From NCBI GenBank assembly GCA_963845185.1, contig CAWJRG010000010.1, forward strand, positions 640,001-704,000: DNA of 64,000 nt. The letters are read 5' to 3'. How positions within the stretch are numbered: the stretch's first letter is position 1; every line of letters begins with the position of its first letter. Under the pieces are notes generated by a model that was not told where the DNA came from, did not search any database, and worked only from the letters and a program-made list of their open reading frames with translations. The position numbers and the translations under genes were made by a program. The DNA is from an uncultured bacterium. Its GTDB lineage: Bacteria; Oederibacteriota; PGYV01; CAWJRG01. Of the stretch, positions 30,251 to 40,243 are shown one piece after another.

Positions 30251-31692
30251 ATTTCCCTTTTCCATCCTGCTTTACCTTTCCTGTATGCCAGCGCGCCGAA
30301 CTCTTCCGCGCCCGGCGAGGTTCCGGAAAAAACATCCGGTTTTAACCCGGTTTCTTTTTCGTATTCATCTGCTACGGCGCGTATTTCTTTTGCGATGGTT
30401 TTCCTGCTGCCGAATACCGCCACAGTACCGCCGGAGCCTCCGCCTGTTATTTTTGCTCCGTACAATCCGCCCGGCCTTACCCTTTTTTTTACGCAATCCA
30501 CCAGGTAGTCCGTCTCAGGCACCGACAGCCGGCAGTTTTTACCGTAGCTTTCATGGCACGCGAACATGTACGTACCGGCTTTTATAAAATCCTTTTCGTC
30601 CTTTGCTGTTTTCAGCGCCTGTATAAATCCCAGCACTCTCTGGTTTTCGTGTACCGGGTGCGCCGTCGGCCCGGCTACCCTGTAAGCCCTGTCATGCCTT
30701 ATTTCGGTTGCCGGGTCCTCATGCGTCCTGAATTTTTTCAAAAACCCGCTGCCGCTTATCGTTTCCGGCAGCAGGCCCCTGTATTTTTTTTCGAATTCCG
30801 CCGCGCCAAGCTCGGTCAGGTACTGTATTTCTTTTTCGCCTTTTGACGCGCGCGCAGCGTTGATTATGCGCTTGCCCATAAAAGCGCCTGTGCGCACGTC
30901 GCCGTATGCCCTGCCTGCGACTGAATGCCTGACCATTGAATTAATTCCTGCAAAAGCAGCGCCTCGGGGTATGCTTATCTCGCCTGCTATGCTGCCCGGC
31001 CTGCATAAAATATGGAGTAGTTTCCCGTGCCTGCCCGCGGCAACTGTTATCTGGTCCATTGCGCCGCACGGCGCGCCCACTACCATGTTTTCAGCGAGCT
31101 GCCCGAGCTCGGCCATGCGCAATGCCGGCATGTCCAGCTTCAGGTAATTCTGCAGGGCGTAAAGCGTGGATATTTCCACGGCAGCCGAGCTGCTTATGCC
31201 CGAGTTCATGGGCACCCCGCTTAAAAGGAAAATATTGAGGCCGTTATAAAGGCGCATGCTGTGTTCTTTTAGGAGGACAAAAATAGAACCTACTATATAA
31301 GCGGACCATGCCGCAAGAGGGTTTGACCGGCAGATGGACCTGATTTGCCCGTATGCCGCATATTCCCCGTTTGAGTTGAATAAATCCAGCGGTATTCCTG
31401 TTTCCGCAGCCAGGTTCTGCGCGCCCATCTGCAGTGTCCTTATCCTGATTGTCCGGTCTTTCCGCGGCTGTATTGCCATGGCTATGCCGCAGCCGAGCGT
31501 GCCTTCGCATACGTTGCTGCCCGAATAGTCGGCTATGCCGCCCATGATGTCAAGCCTAGCAGGCACCCTTGTGACAGTGATTCCGCTTTGGTTGAAAAAT
31601 CCGTCCAGCCCTGGTTGGCTGTTTTGTTTCTCATTCAAAAGCGATTCAAACCGCGCAATTTCCGGCAGCAGTTTATTGTCCAAATGGCTCAT
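30247..31692 (-). CDS. GHMP sugar kinase (galactokinase/L-arabinokinase-like)
   Basis: RLDIMGGIADYSGS, PMNSGISSSAAVE, GAPCGAMDQ, GAKITGGGSGG; ATG overlaps upstream stop. Confidence 0.88.
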   Translation of the reverse strand: MSHLDNKLLPEIARFESLLNEKQNSQPGLDGFFNQSGITVTRVPARLDIMGGIADYSGSNVCEGTLGCGIAMAIQPRKDRTIRIRTLQMGAQNLAAETGIPLDLFNSNGEYAAYGQIRSICRSNPLAAWSAYIVGSIFVLLKEHSMRLYNGLNIFLLSGVPMNSGISSSAAVEISTLYALQNYLKLDMPALRMAELGQLAENMVVGAPCGAMDQITVAAGRHGKLLHILCRPGSIAGEISIPRGAAFAGINSMVRHSVAGRAYGDVRTGAFMGKRIINAARASKGEKEIQYLTELGAAEFEKKYRGLLPETISGSGFLKKFRTHEDPATEIRHDRAYRVAGPTAHPVHENQRVLGFIQALKTAKDEKDFIKAGTYMFACHESYGKNCRLSVPETDYLVDCVKKRVRPGGLYGAKITGGGSGGTVAVFGSRKTIAKEIRAVADEYEKETGLKPDVFSGTSPGAEEFGALAYRKGKAGWKREI

Positions 31693-32078
31693 TTTATAAA
31701 CACTCCCTGTAAAATAAGCAGTCCAGCTCCGGTAAAAATAAACGGGCAAAGCTTGTACGGCAGGAAATTTATCTGAAAGCCCGTGAAAAGCGACAGTATA
31801 GACATGGCGATGAGCATTAAAAATATAAGCACATACACTGCCTTTGCCACGTCAATGCCTTTGTCCTCGACAATTGCCGTAGTAATAGCCAATATGCCCA
31901 AAAATATCAGCGCCATGCCCTCGGTCACCCATTCCATTGTTATTACTCTGGCGTTGTCAAGGGTGATGTTTCCGAATCCTTTTACAACCGATACTGTTGG
32001 AAACAGGTGTGCAATTCCCCATACAGCAGTTAAAACTCCCCCGGTAATCAGCAATATTTTTCGTATCATAATTAACAT
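31689..32078 (-). CDS. Four-TM hypothetical membrane protein
   Basis: Hydrophobic helices, WGIAHLFPT, EW..EG, KLCP; operon packing. Confidence 0.75.
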   Translation of the reverse strand: MLIMIRKILLITGGVLTAVWGIAHLFPTVSVVKGFGNITLDNARVITMEWVTEGMALIFLGILAITTAIVEDKGIDVAKAVYVLIFLMLIAMSILSLFTGFQINFLPYKLCPFIFTGAGLLILQGVFIK

Positions 32079-32088
32079 TTCCTCCTAT

Positions 32089-32517
32089 TTATATTGCTAG
32101 AAATCCTTTTACCCATTCTACCACTTTTTTCTTAATTTCATCCCTGATTTTATTTGTGGCTTCAAGCTTCTCTTCCGGAGTTCCCTTTAGTGCCGATGGG
32201 TCCGGGAATGACCAGTGCAGCCTTTGCGTCACGCCCGGGAATATGGGGCAGCGCTCGGCTGCTTCCCTGTCGCATACGGTTATGACATAGTCAAATAATC
32301 TTCCCTGCTTGTAAAAATCAAAAACTGACTTGGTTTTGTTTTTTGAAATATCTATCCCGTCCTGTTGCATGCTTTTGACTGCAACAGGGTTCAAAACTCC
32401 GGGCTCTATGCCAGCGCTTTCCGCAATAAACCTGTCGCCAGCAATCTTGTTAAGGTACGCTTCAGCAATCTGACTCCTTGCGCTGTTGTTGTTGCAAACG
32501 AACAATACTTTTATCAT
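32089..32517 (-). CDS. arsC: Thioredoxin-dependent arsenate reductase (LMW-PTP fold)
   Basis: [12 protein letters not shown].....ERCP, HWSFPDP; GGAGG RBS. Confidence 0.9.
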   Translation of the reverse strand: MIKVLFVCNNNSARSQIAEAYLNKIAGDRFIAESAGIEPGVLNPVAVKSMQQDGIDISKNKTKSVFDFYKQGRLFDYVITVCDREAAERCPIFPGVTQRLHWSFPDPSALKGTPEEKLEATNKIRDEIKKKVVEWVKGFLAI

Positions 32518-32639
32518 ATTCTTAACCTCCTGAAGAGATATTCCGGAAGTATTGCACATGCTGGTACTTCAAAAGTAAATCGGTGAAATCTTTTTATCCA
32601 TTCTTACATTTTGAACAATTTTTCTGATAAATTTATCCT

Positions 32640-33593
32640 TCACTTACCCTGTTCCGCAGCTTTGTCAATAGGATATCCGGCTTTCTCCCACTGCGACAGC
32701 GCGTTGTTAAAAATATGGATTTTTTTATATCCGGCTTTGAACAATTTTTCTGCGGCTTTTGAGGCGTTTCCGTTAAAAAACCCGCGGCAATAAACTACAA
32801 TTGGTTTTTGGCTTAAAATTGCGCTATAACTTTGCAGCATATCCCCGGTTTTATCGGCAGGTATTGAATAAGCCCACTTTATTCGCATTTTATTGAATTT
32901 ATCCGCATCATCTGCATCTATAAAATTGGCAAGGTCGTTATCGTAAAGAAACTTCGCTTCGGTCAGTGTCAATTTTTTTACAGCACCGGCTGATGCGGCT
33001 TCATCGAAAAGATATTTATATTCAGCAGGCGGCTCATATTTTTGTACCGGCATATTTGCCTGCGTCCATTCCGGCCATCCGCCAAAAAATATGCAAATTT
33101 TCCTGTAGCCCGCGTCAAACAGGGCGGCTGCAACTTTATCGGACAGATGGCATCCGGTTCCGTGGCAGTAAGTTACGAGTACTTTATCCTGCAATTTGTC
33201 TTTTAACAACGGTATTTTTGTGGCTGCTTCGCTTGCTCCCATGGATTCCGAGCCTGGTATATGAGAAATATTGTACTCGCCGATACCCCTCGCGTCTATA
33301 AACAGCGCTTTGCCGCTTTCATACAAGACCTTTGCTTCTTTCAGATGGATTTTAGGTATTGTCTCTTTGGTCTTTGATTCCGCAAAAAGATATTTATATT
33401 TAGCAGGTATTTTATAATTTATTTTAGGCTTGAGCGCGGAAGCTGCCGTCTGTTGGTTAGAGTCCTGCTGAACCTTGATAACCGGCGGTGAAGGCTGATT
33501 ATTATCCGCTTTGATTACTTCCGAATTGACAAGTAAAGACACAGTTAAAAAAGCAGAGGTAACAAATACTTTAAAATATACTTTTCCAATCAT
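32640..33593 (-). CDS. Exported tandem rhodanese-domain protein
   Basis: Signal peptide; FIDAR...EY..SHIPG, YCHGTGCHLS, GGWPEW; second domain YCRG...W..AGYP. Confidence 0.85.
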   Translation of the reverse strand: MIGKVYFKVFVTSAFLTVSLLVNSEVIKADNNQPSPPVIKVQQDSNQQTAASALKPKINYKIPAKYKYLFAESKTKETIPKIHLKEAKVLYESGKALFIDARGIGEYNISHIPGSESMGASEAATKIPLLKDKLQDKVLVTYCHGTGCHLSDKVAAALFDAGYRKICIFFGGWPEWTQANMPVQKYEPPAEYKYLFDEAASAGAVKKLTLTEAKFLYDNDLANFIDADDADKFNKMRIKWAYSIPADKTGDMLQSYSAILSQKPIVVYCRGFFNGNASKAAEKLFKAGYKKIHIFNNALSQWEKAGYPIDKAAEQGK

Positions 33594-33619
33594 GTTTTGC
33601 TCCTTTAATTTTTCTTTAT

Positions 33620-34280
33620 TTAATTGCCTATCTTTCCATTTATAATCCTTATTACCCTATCGGCTGATTCTGATATTTTCGGGTCGTGGGATACAACTAC
33701 AACGGTTTTACCCTGGGTCTTTATGTCTTTCAGCATTGATATTACCTGTATGGCATTATCCGGGTCAAGATTGCCGGTAGGCTCGTCTGCAAGTATTATC
33801 TCGGGGTCTTTTATCAGTGCCCTTGCAGAGCGCCGCCCTTTGCTGTTCCCCCACGCTCAATTCTCCGGGTAAATGTCCTGCCCTGTGTGGGATATTCATT
33901 TTTTCAATTACAGCCGTTATCCGGCTCTTATCGATACTGACGGGTTTTGACAAACCAAGCGCCAGTTCTATGTTTTCAAAAATCGTAAGATAAGGTATTA
34001 AATTAAATGTCTGGAATAAAAATCCTATATATTTCGCTCTCCATGCGGCCCTTTTTTTTCTGTTCCATTCGTATATAGATGAGTTGTTCCATTTGACCTT
34101 GCCTTCCTCCGGGGCGCTCATTCCTCCCAGGGCAAGAAGCAACGTACTCTTACCGCTTCCGCTCGGTCCGGTTATTGCCAAAAATTCGCCATTTTTTATT
34201 TCAAACGAGGCGTTGTCAACGGCTGTTACCTTTCCATGCTTGTGTTGAAAAATTTTTGTTATATTAATTGCGCTAAGCAT
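33620..34280 (-). CDS. ABC transporter ATP-binding subunit (LolD/MacB type), frameshift near 33827
   Basis: GPSGSGKST, LSVGEQQR; deleting one base gives ALARALIKDPEIILADEPTGNLD...VSHD to stop at 33620. Confidence 0.88.
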
Positions 34281-34282
34281 AA

Positions 34283-35488
34283 TTAATCCTCTCTTATTAT
34301 AGAATATGGGTCGACCCTTATTGCGTTCAATACCGGGACAAAAGCAGCGGCAGCTGACACTATTAAAGACAGCACCGCCACTATTAAACCCAATAAGGGA
34401 ATTGGTCTTGCTTCTATTCCGGCTATTGCCTGTCCCAGCAGCATTGCGATAACCGAACCAAGAATAAAACCGGTCACCGCGCCTGAAAATCCAATTATCA
34501 GGGCTTTGGATATAAACAGCTTTGCGACGAACCGGTCGTCCGCGCCCATCGAAGTCAGGATGCCGATTTCTTTTCTGCGCTCATAAACGTCGTCAAACAT
34601 GAAATTTGCGATGCTTGCAGCGCCCATTAAAAGTACTATTATTATCAGGATATTTGAGATGCCATTCATTATCTTATTTGTATTTATCTGCGTAGCTACT
34701 ATCTGGCTTATGGTCACGACTTTCGCGTCTGGAAGAGCCTTATTAATTTTGGCTATAAGCCCGGTCGATATTGCCGAACAGCATCCTTCTATTTCTATGG
34801 CGCTTAACACCTGTTTTTTATTAAAGAGGTGCTGCATGGTTTTTAAATGTATAAATATCCTGGCGTCATCTGTGGTACCTGTCTGCGGAAGCACCTGCAT
34901 TACCGTAAATGTTTCGCCTTTAATTTTAAACCGGCTGTTTTCTTTAATCTTCAACCTGGAAGCGACGTCATAGCCTACAAGAGCCTGAAATTTGCCAAGG
35001 TCGCTTATGACCCTGTTCTTTTTATTGTCCACGTTGCCGGGAACCACGAACCCGGGCGCACAGCCTTTGGGCTTTGTAAATAATCCGACCGCTCCGGCCC
35101 AGACTGATTTTGATTTAAATTCATTGAGCGGCAGTATTCCCGTCGCAATTACCCTCATGCCTTCCACTTCTGTTTTGACATTCAGTTTTGGCGAGATATT
35201 ATCAAGCCCCTCCATTCCTGAATTTGTAAGCTTTGATATATACACTTCCGGAATTTCATCCTCCTGCAAATCCGCCTGGTAATAATCCTGCACGGTGGCG
35301 GATTTTGGAAGTATAAGAATATTGGCGCCAAGCGTGTCAAGCTCGGAGGATATTTTATTTTCAGAATAAAACGATATGGTTTTTATCGCAACAATGACCG
35401 CTACTCCCAGCGCAACCGCCAGTAATCCCGAAAAAAGCCTGTTTTTTTTCAAAAATATTTCTTTTAAAAGCATTCCTGATATTTTCAT
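34283..35488 (-). CDS. ABC transporter permease (FtsX/MacB type)
   Basis: One TM, large periplasmic loop (LGANI), ERRKEIGIL..MGA, three C-terminal TMs; unusual EGCC. Confidence 0.88.
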   Translation of the reverse strand: MKISGMLLKEIFLKKNRLFSGLLAVALGVAVIVAIKTISFYSENKISSELDTLGANILILPKSATVQDYYQADLQEDEIPEVYISKLTNSGMEGLDNISPKLNVKTEVEGMRVIATGILPLNEFKSKSVWAGAVGLFTKPKGCAPGFVVPGNVDNKKNRVISDLGKFQALVGYDVASRLKIKENSRFKIKGETFTVMQVLPQTGTTDDARIFIHLKTMQHLFNKKQVLSAIEIEGCCSAISTGLIAKINKALPDAKVVTISQIVATQINTNKIMNGISNILIIIVLLMGAASIANFMFDDVYERRKEIGILTSMGADDRFVAKLFISKALIIGFSGAVTGFILGSVIAMLLGQAIAGIEARPIPLLGLIVAVLSLIVSAAAAFVPVLNAIRVDPYSIIRED

Positions 35489-35504
35489 TGATTATCTCAC
35501 TTTC

Positions 35505-36248
35505 CTAGTGATGGCAGCAGCTGCCGCCGCTGCAGGCTTTAATGCCTGTTAATAATTGATCTTTGTTTGTTTTACCCTTATACACGCCGCCTATTCTTCC
35601 CGGAGGCACGATCATAACGATGGTTGCTTCCGTGATTGGCCCTGTTATTGTAGACTTTGTGATGAATTCCTTGCTGGCCGCATCGTCAGGGTCGATGTAA
35701 ATAGTCTCCACAGCGCCCATGAGGTTCTTTATCTTCGCAAAATCCTCAGCCGCTTTTGTCGATTCTTTGTTGTATTTTGTGCCGCTGTTTTGGAGCATCA
35801 CAAGCGCAAGCTTTCCTTCCTCCATGATTTTTAAAATATTCAAAACAGTCTGGCCCGGGAAACTTTTTTCAAGCTGTTCATCCGATACCTGCTGCGGAAA
35901 TCCGCCTGTTACCACGCCGTTTGGCGCAAAAACAAGCAACAAAGGCATAGGTGTGCCCGTTACCCTGTATTTTGCTATTATTTCCGCTTCTTTTGTGTCG
36001 CTTATCTTTGCCCTGTAAATCAAAGGTTTGTCCATACCGTCTTTTTTAAAAGCTTTTATTTTTTCATTCATTACTTTGTACAAGCTGTCTTTTTTTTCAT
36101 AAAAAATTACAAATACCCATTGATTTTTTGCCTGAGCTTCGCTTATTGCCTCCTGCGCGCTTTGCGGCGCCGCGGCAATATTACGTGATAAAAACATTAG
36201 GGTAAAAAAAACTGATAACTGCAATAAAATTGAATATGTTCTCTTCAT
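35505..36248 (-). CDS. Exported protein with probable degenerate thioredoxin-like folds and Cys/His tail
   Basis: AAGGAG RBS, signal peptide, KYRV...PMPLLLVFAPNG, C-terminal CSGGSCCHH. Confidence 0.7.
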   Translation of the reverse strand: MKRTYSILLQLSVFFTLMFLSRNIAAAPQSAQEAISEAQAKNQWVFVIFYEKKDSLYKVMNEKIKAFKKDGMDKPLIYRAKISDTKEAEIIAKYRVTGTPMPLLLVFAPNGVVTGGFPQQVSDEQLEKSFPGQTVLNILKIMEEGKLALVMLQNSGTKYNKESTKAAEDFAKIKNLMGAVETIYIDPDDAASKEFITKSTITGPITEATIVMIVPPGRIGGVYKGKTNKDQLLTGIKACSGGSCCHH

Positions 36249-36264
36249 TTTTTCTCCTTTGGTT

Positions 36265-36471
36265 TTATGGTTTTTTATAATAATAATTAACCAGGGGAAT
36301 GATAATGTTGTCGTTATCAACGCAGGTACAATTAGGTCCGCATAAAACAAATAATGGCTTTACTTTTGTTTCCAGTTTTGGCGTCTTTTCTGCGCAACCT
36401 TGATAAAATAATGTTAATAGCAGTATTAAAATCCACTTTATTAAACGTATGTAAATCCCTATGTTTTTCAT
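36265..36471 (-). CDS. Small Cys-containing putative lipoprotein (68 aa)
   Basis: AAGGAG RBS, hydrophobic stretch + QGC, CGPNCTC; fills operon gap. Confidence 0.6.
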   Translation of the reverse strand: MKNIGIYIRLIKWILILLLTLFYQGCAEKTPKLETKVKPLFVLCGPNCTCVDNDNIIIPLVNYYYKKP

Positions 36472-36494
36472 TTTTCTCCTTCTGGTATTTTAAT

Positions 36495-37841
36495 TTAAAC
36501 TTTTTTCATCCAGTCCTGGCCTGCCATCTGCACAGGGTCCCACGGCGTGCTCAAAGGCGGCGTATAGCTCAGGTCAAGGCTGCTTAAGGCGCTTATCGTC
36601 ATTGAATTATAAATGGCCGCAGCCGCTATGTCTATCCTTTTTGAAATCTCTGCTGTCCTGCTCCCTATCATCTGGAACCCCAGGAGCCTGCCTGTTTTCC
36701 TGTCGCCTGTCATCCTTATTGAAATTTTTGTCGCGCTAGGATAATAGACCTTGTGGTCCCACGCCTCAAACTCGGACGTAAAAGGTTCAAACCCTGCGCC
36801 TGTCGCCTCCCTGTCGTTCAACCCTGTCCTTGCCATGACCATGTCGAACAATTTCAATGACTGGGTGCCAAGTGTGCCTTCGAATTTAACATTATTGCCG
36901 AGCGCATTTTCTCCCGCTATCCTGCCCTGCTTGTGCGATATGGTGCCCAGCGGCAGGTAAACATATTTCTGAGTTATTCTGTTCCATGTTTCCACGCAGT
37001 CCCCTGCCGCGAAAATATCCGGAATATTTGTTTCCATTTTCCTGTTTACGATAATTGCGTTTTTTTGGTCTGTTTTGACCCCGGCTTCCATAGCGAGCTT
37101 TGTGTTCGGCACTGCGCCTGTCGCTATTAATACAAGGTCAGTGGAGGCGGAAAAGCCATTACTTCCCGTGACATCCAGTTTTTTGTTGTTTTGTTTTATT
37201 GCCGATACCGATACGCCTGTAAAAACCTTTGCGCCTTTTTCTTCGAGCTTTGCCATGACAAGGTTTCCAAGCTGGACGTCCATGGTCGGCAGCACCGTGT
37301 TTAAGAACTCGACTACGGTTATTCCAATGCCGCGGTTGAGCAAAGCCTCGGACATTTCAATGCCTATATATCCTGCGCCTATGATAACCGCGTTTTGGGG
37401 CTTATTCTTTTCCATGTACTCCTTGAAAGCGACTGATTCCCCTATCCAGCGAATATAAAATACGCCGGGCAGGTCCCTGCCCTCTATTGGAGGCACAGCT
37501 GATGTTGCGCCTGTGCCTATGACAAGGCGGTCGTATTTTATTTCCATGGGCTTGCCGTCTTTTGGCGCGGCATATATTTTCTTTTCTTCCGGTAAAATTT
37601 TTGTGACAACCGTGTCCAGGAGCAGCTTTATACCCGTGCCTTCTATCTCGGCCCGCGTTCTGTGCGCGAGAGTCCTCCAGTCCTTAATCTCATCTCCTAT
37701 ATAAAAAGGTATGCCGCATATGCTGAAATTTGGGAACTCATCTGATGTAATTATCAAGGGCTCTATTGTCTTGTCCAGCTCGCGTATCCTGAGCGCAGCG
37801 CTTATGCCCGCGTCGCTACCACCTATAATTACAATTTTCAT
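36495..37841 (-). CDS. FAD-dependent pyridine nucleotide-disulfide oxidoreductase (CoA-disulfide reductase/NADH oxidase family)
   Basis: IIGGSDAG, FSICGIPF redox Cys, IGAGYIG.E, AAGDC, LDLSYTPP. Confidence 0.9.
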   Translation of the reverse strand: MKIVIIGGSDAGISAALRIRELDKTIEPLIITSDEFPNFSICGIPFYIGDEIKDWRTLAHRTRAEIEGTGIKLLLDTVVTKILPEEKKIYAAPKDGKPMEIKYDRLVIGTGATSAVPPIEGRDLPGVFYIRWIGESVAFKEYMEKNKPQNAVIIGAGYIGIEMSEALLNRGIGITVVEFLNTVLPTMDVQLGNLVMAKLEEKGAKVFTGVSVSAIKQNNKKLDVTGSNGFSASTDLVLIATGAVPNTKLAMEAGVKTDQKNAIIVNRKMETNIPDIFAAGDCVETWNRITQKYVYLPLGTISHKQGRIAGENALGNNVKFEGTLGTQSLKLFDMVMARTGLNDREATGAGFEPFTSEFEAWDHKVYYPSATKISIRMTGDRKTGRLLGFQMIGSRTAEISKRIDIAAAAIYNSMTISALSSLDLSYTPPLSTPWDPVQMAGQDWMKKV

Positions 37842-37874
37842 GCAATCCTCCAATAATTGTATTTTTCGGATATA

Positions 37875-38735
37875 TCACCCGTATACTCCGAACCTGATGT
37901 TGTTCTTTCCGTGATTTTTTGCTTCATACATAAGGCTATCCGCTGCTTTTATCATCTCGTCTATGCTTTTAGGCGGTTTCGTCAAAGTAAGTACCCCGGC
38001 GCTGAAAGTTAACGGGTAGCCGGATTTCTTCATTTCCTCGCGGATAATTTCCCCAAGATGTTTTAAAAACGGTTGTACCGAATCCGCGCCCATTTCAGGC
38101 AGGAGAATCACGAATTCATCCCCGCCAAGCCTTGCCAAAGCGTCGGTTCTCCTTATATTGGACCTTACGATGTTTGCCACTGTAATCACGAGCCTGTCGC
38201 CTTCCAGGTGCCCCATCGTGTCGTTTACTTTCTTGAAATCGTCTATGTCCATGTAAATAATTGTCAGGGGTTTGTTGTACCTTTGTATCCTGTTTATTTC
38301 TATAGCCGCGTAATTATAAAATGCCCTTGCGTTTGATGCCTTTGTCAGGAAGTCTTCCATTGCCGATTCTTTCTGCCTTTTGATTTCCTTCTTAAATTCA
38401 ACAAGCATAAATGTAAAAATACCGCAGAATATAAACCCGGTTACCGCGCTCCATACTGGGATAAAATAGCCTCCCTTTTAGCTGATTTCCAGTTTGTCCG
38501 CAAAAAATAGCGTTACGGCAATTAAAACCGAAATAGCCAGCCCTGTTTTTTTACCCGTGAACCACGCCGTGATCCCTACGGGAATGAGGAAAAATATTAT
38601 AAAAGGCAGGTCAGTGCCTGTCTTCACGTCGAACCAGCGGTCCACAAACCCCAGAAATACTGCTAAAACCGCCGAAAATGTGAATATAACCGCTTTGACG
38701 GTTATGGAATCTGTTTTTATGCCGCTAAAATTCAT
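37875..38735 (-). pseudogene. Membrane-anchored diguanylate cyclase with in-frame TAA at 38478-38480
   Basis: ORFs 38478..38735 and 37875..38408 are in the same frame and the 23 codons between them are open; DIDDFKKVND..GH, RLGGDEF. Confidence 0.8.
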
Positions 38736-38758
38736 GGCAGCTCCTTTAATTATATTTT

Positions 38759-39799
38759 TTACAGGAAACTTTTTTTCATTGCCAGCGCCGCGTTTACAAG
38801 AAGTATGAGCGCAGGCACTTCCACGAGCGGGCCTATGACTGTAGCAAAAGCCTGTCCCGAACTTATGCCAAAAAGCGCAACAGACACTGCTATTGCCAGC
38901 TCAAAATCATTGCTCGCTGCCGTGAACGCTATGGTCGCGCACTTTTCATAAGGCGCACCTGCCTTTTTTGCCAGGAAAAAAGCCGCGAACCACATGATGC
39001 CGAAATAAAAGACAAGCGGTATGGCTACCCTGAGGACGTCCATGGGAAGCGAAATAATTGCCCCGCCCTTGAAAGTAAACATTACAATTATTGTAAAAAG
39101 TAGCGCAAAAAGTGTTATGGGCGAAACTGCTTTTACAAACCCATTGTCGTATTTTTCCGCGCCAATTATCGGCCTCAGTGTTATACGAGTAATAAAACCC
39201 GCGGCAAAAGGAATGCCGAGGTATATGAGCACGCTTTTTGCCGCTTCCCACATGGAAATATTTACATTGATTCCTTTGACAAGCCCTGTCAGGTTAAGGA
39301 AAAAACTGACAAAGAACCATATATATACGGAATAAAAAAGCACCTGGAATATTGCGTTAAAACCGACAAGGCCAACAGCCAGTTCGCGGTCACCGCCCGC
39401 AAGCTCGTTCCATACTATAACCATGGCTATACACCGTGCCAGCCCCACCATAATAAGCCCTATCATAAGCTCAGGCCTATCATGCAGGAAAAGCACTGCA
39501 AGCCCGGTCATAAGCACAGGGCCTATTACCCAGTTAAGGACAAGGGAAAGCGAAAGGAGTTTTTTATTGCTGAAAACAAGCCCCATTTCCCCGTAGCGCA
39601 CCCTCGTAAACGGCGGGTACATCATGAGCATGAGCCCGATGGCAATAGGGATGGAGGTCGTGCCTATATTGAATTTGCTTATGAACCCGGTTGCCTGCGG
39701 CCAGAAATATCCTATTGCCACGCCCGCGCCTATTGCCATGAAAATCCATAAGGTCAAAAATCTGTCAACAAATGATAATTTTTTGATTGTTGTTTCCAT
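38759..39799 (-). CDS. acr3: ACR3-family arsenite efflux transporter
   Basis: [39 protein letters not shown]. Confidence 0.95.
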   Translation of the reverse strand: METTIKKLSFVDRFLTLWIFMAIGAGVAIGYFWPQATGFISKFNIGTTSIPIAIGLMLMMYPPFTRVRYGEMGLVFSNKKLLSLSLVLNWVIGPVLMTGLAVLFLHDRPELMIGLIMVGLARCIAMVIVWNELAGGDRELAVGLVGFNAIFQVLFYSVYIWFFVSFFLNLTGLVKGINVNISMWEAAKSVLIYLGIPFAAGFITRITLRPIIGAEKYDNGFVKAVSPITLFALLFTIIVMFTFKGGAIISLPMDVLRVAIPLVFYFGIMWFAAFFLAKKAGAPYEKCATIAFTAASNDFELAIAVSVALFGISSGQAFATVIGPLVEVPALILLVNAALAMKKSFL

Positions 39800-40162
39800 C
39801 TATTTATCCTGGCTGCGGAATTTCATGCAGCATTCTGCTTTCTTCTTAATAACAATTTTTGCTTTCTTTAAATCTTTGCCCAGTGTCTTATCCGCCCGTG
39901 TCAATGCCCTGGCGAATTTTGATATTGCCCTACCTGGATCGTCTTTAACTGCTGAATAGTGTATCCAGAGACCGTCTTTCCTGTCTTTCACAAGCCCTGA
40001 ATTCTTCAGCAGCCCGAGTGCCCTGGAAGCATGTGTCTGGGATATTTTAAGAGTATCCATGATGTGGCAAACGCAAAGCTCGCCTTTTTCCGAAAGCAGC
40101 CTGTAGATGCGCAGCCTTGTTTCGTCCCCCAGCGCCCTGAATGCCTTGATTGCCTGTTCCAT
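39800..40162 (-). CDS. arsR: ArsR/SmtB repressor
   Basis: FRALGDETRLRI, ELCVCHI, GLV......W..Y, C-terminal CC. Confidence 0.92.
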   Translation of the reverse strand: MEQAIKAFRALGDETRLRIYRLLSEKGELCVCHIMDTLKISQTHASRALGLLKNSGLVKDRKDGLWIHYSAVKDDPGRAISKFARALTRADKTLGKDLKKAKIVIKKKAECCMKFRSQDK

Positions 40163-40177
40163 ATTAAATACTCCTTT

Positions 40178-40227
40178 TAAAGTATATTTGATTTTACAAA
40201 TATACTTTATTAAGAGTTATTTGTCAA
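40178..40227 (-). promoter_or_regulatory. ars promoter with putative ArsR operator
   Basis: TTGACA 40227..40222, 17 bp spacer, TATATT; 13-6-13 inverted repeat TAAAGTATATTTG-N6-CAAATATACTTTA at 40178-40209 over the -10. Confidence 0.8.
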
Positions 40228-40243
40228 GTTATTTAAATCCGAA

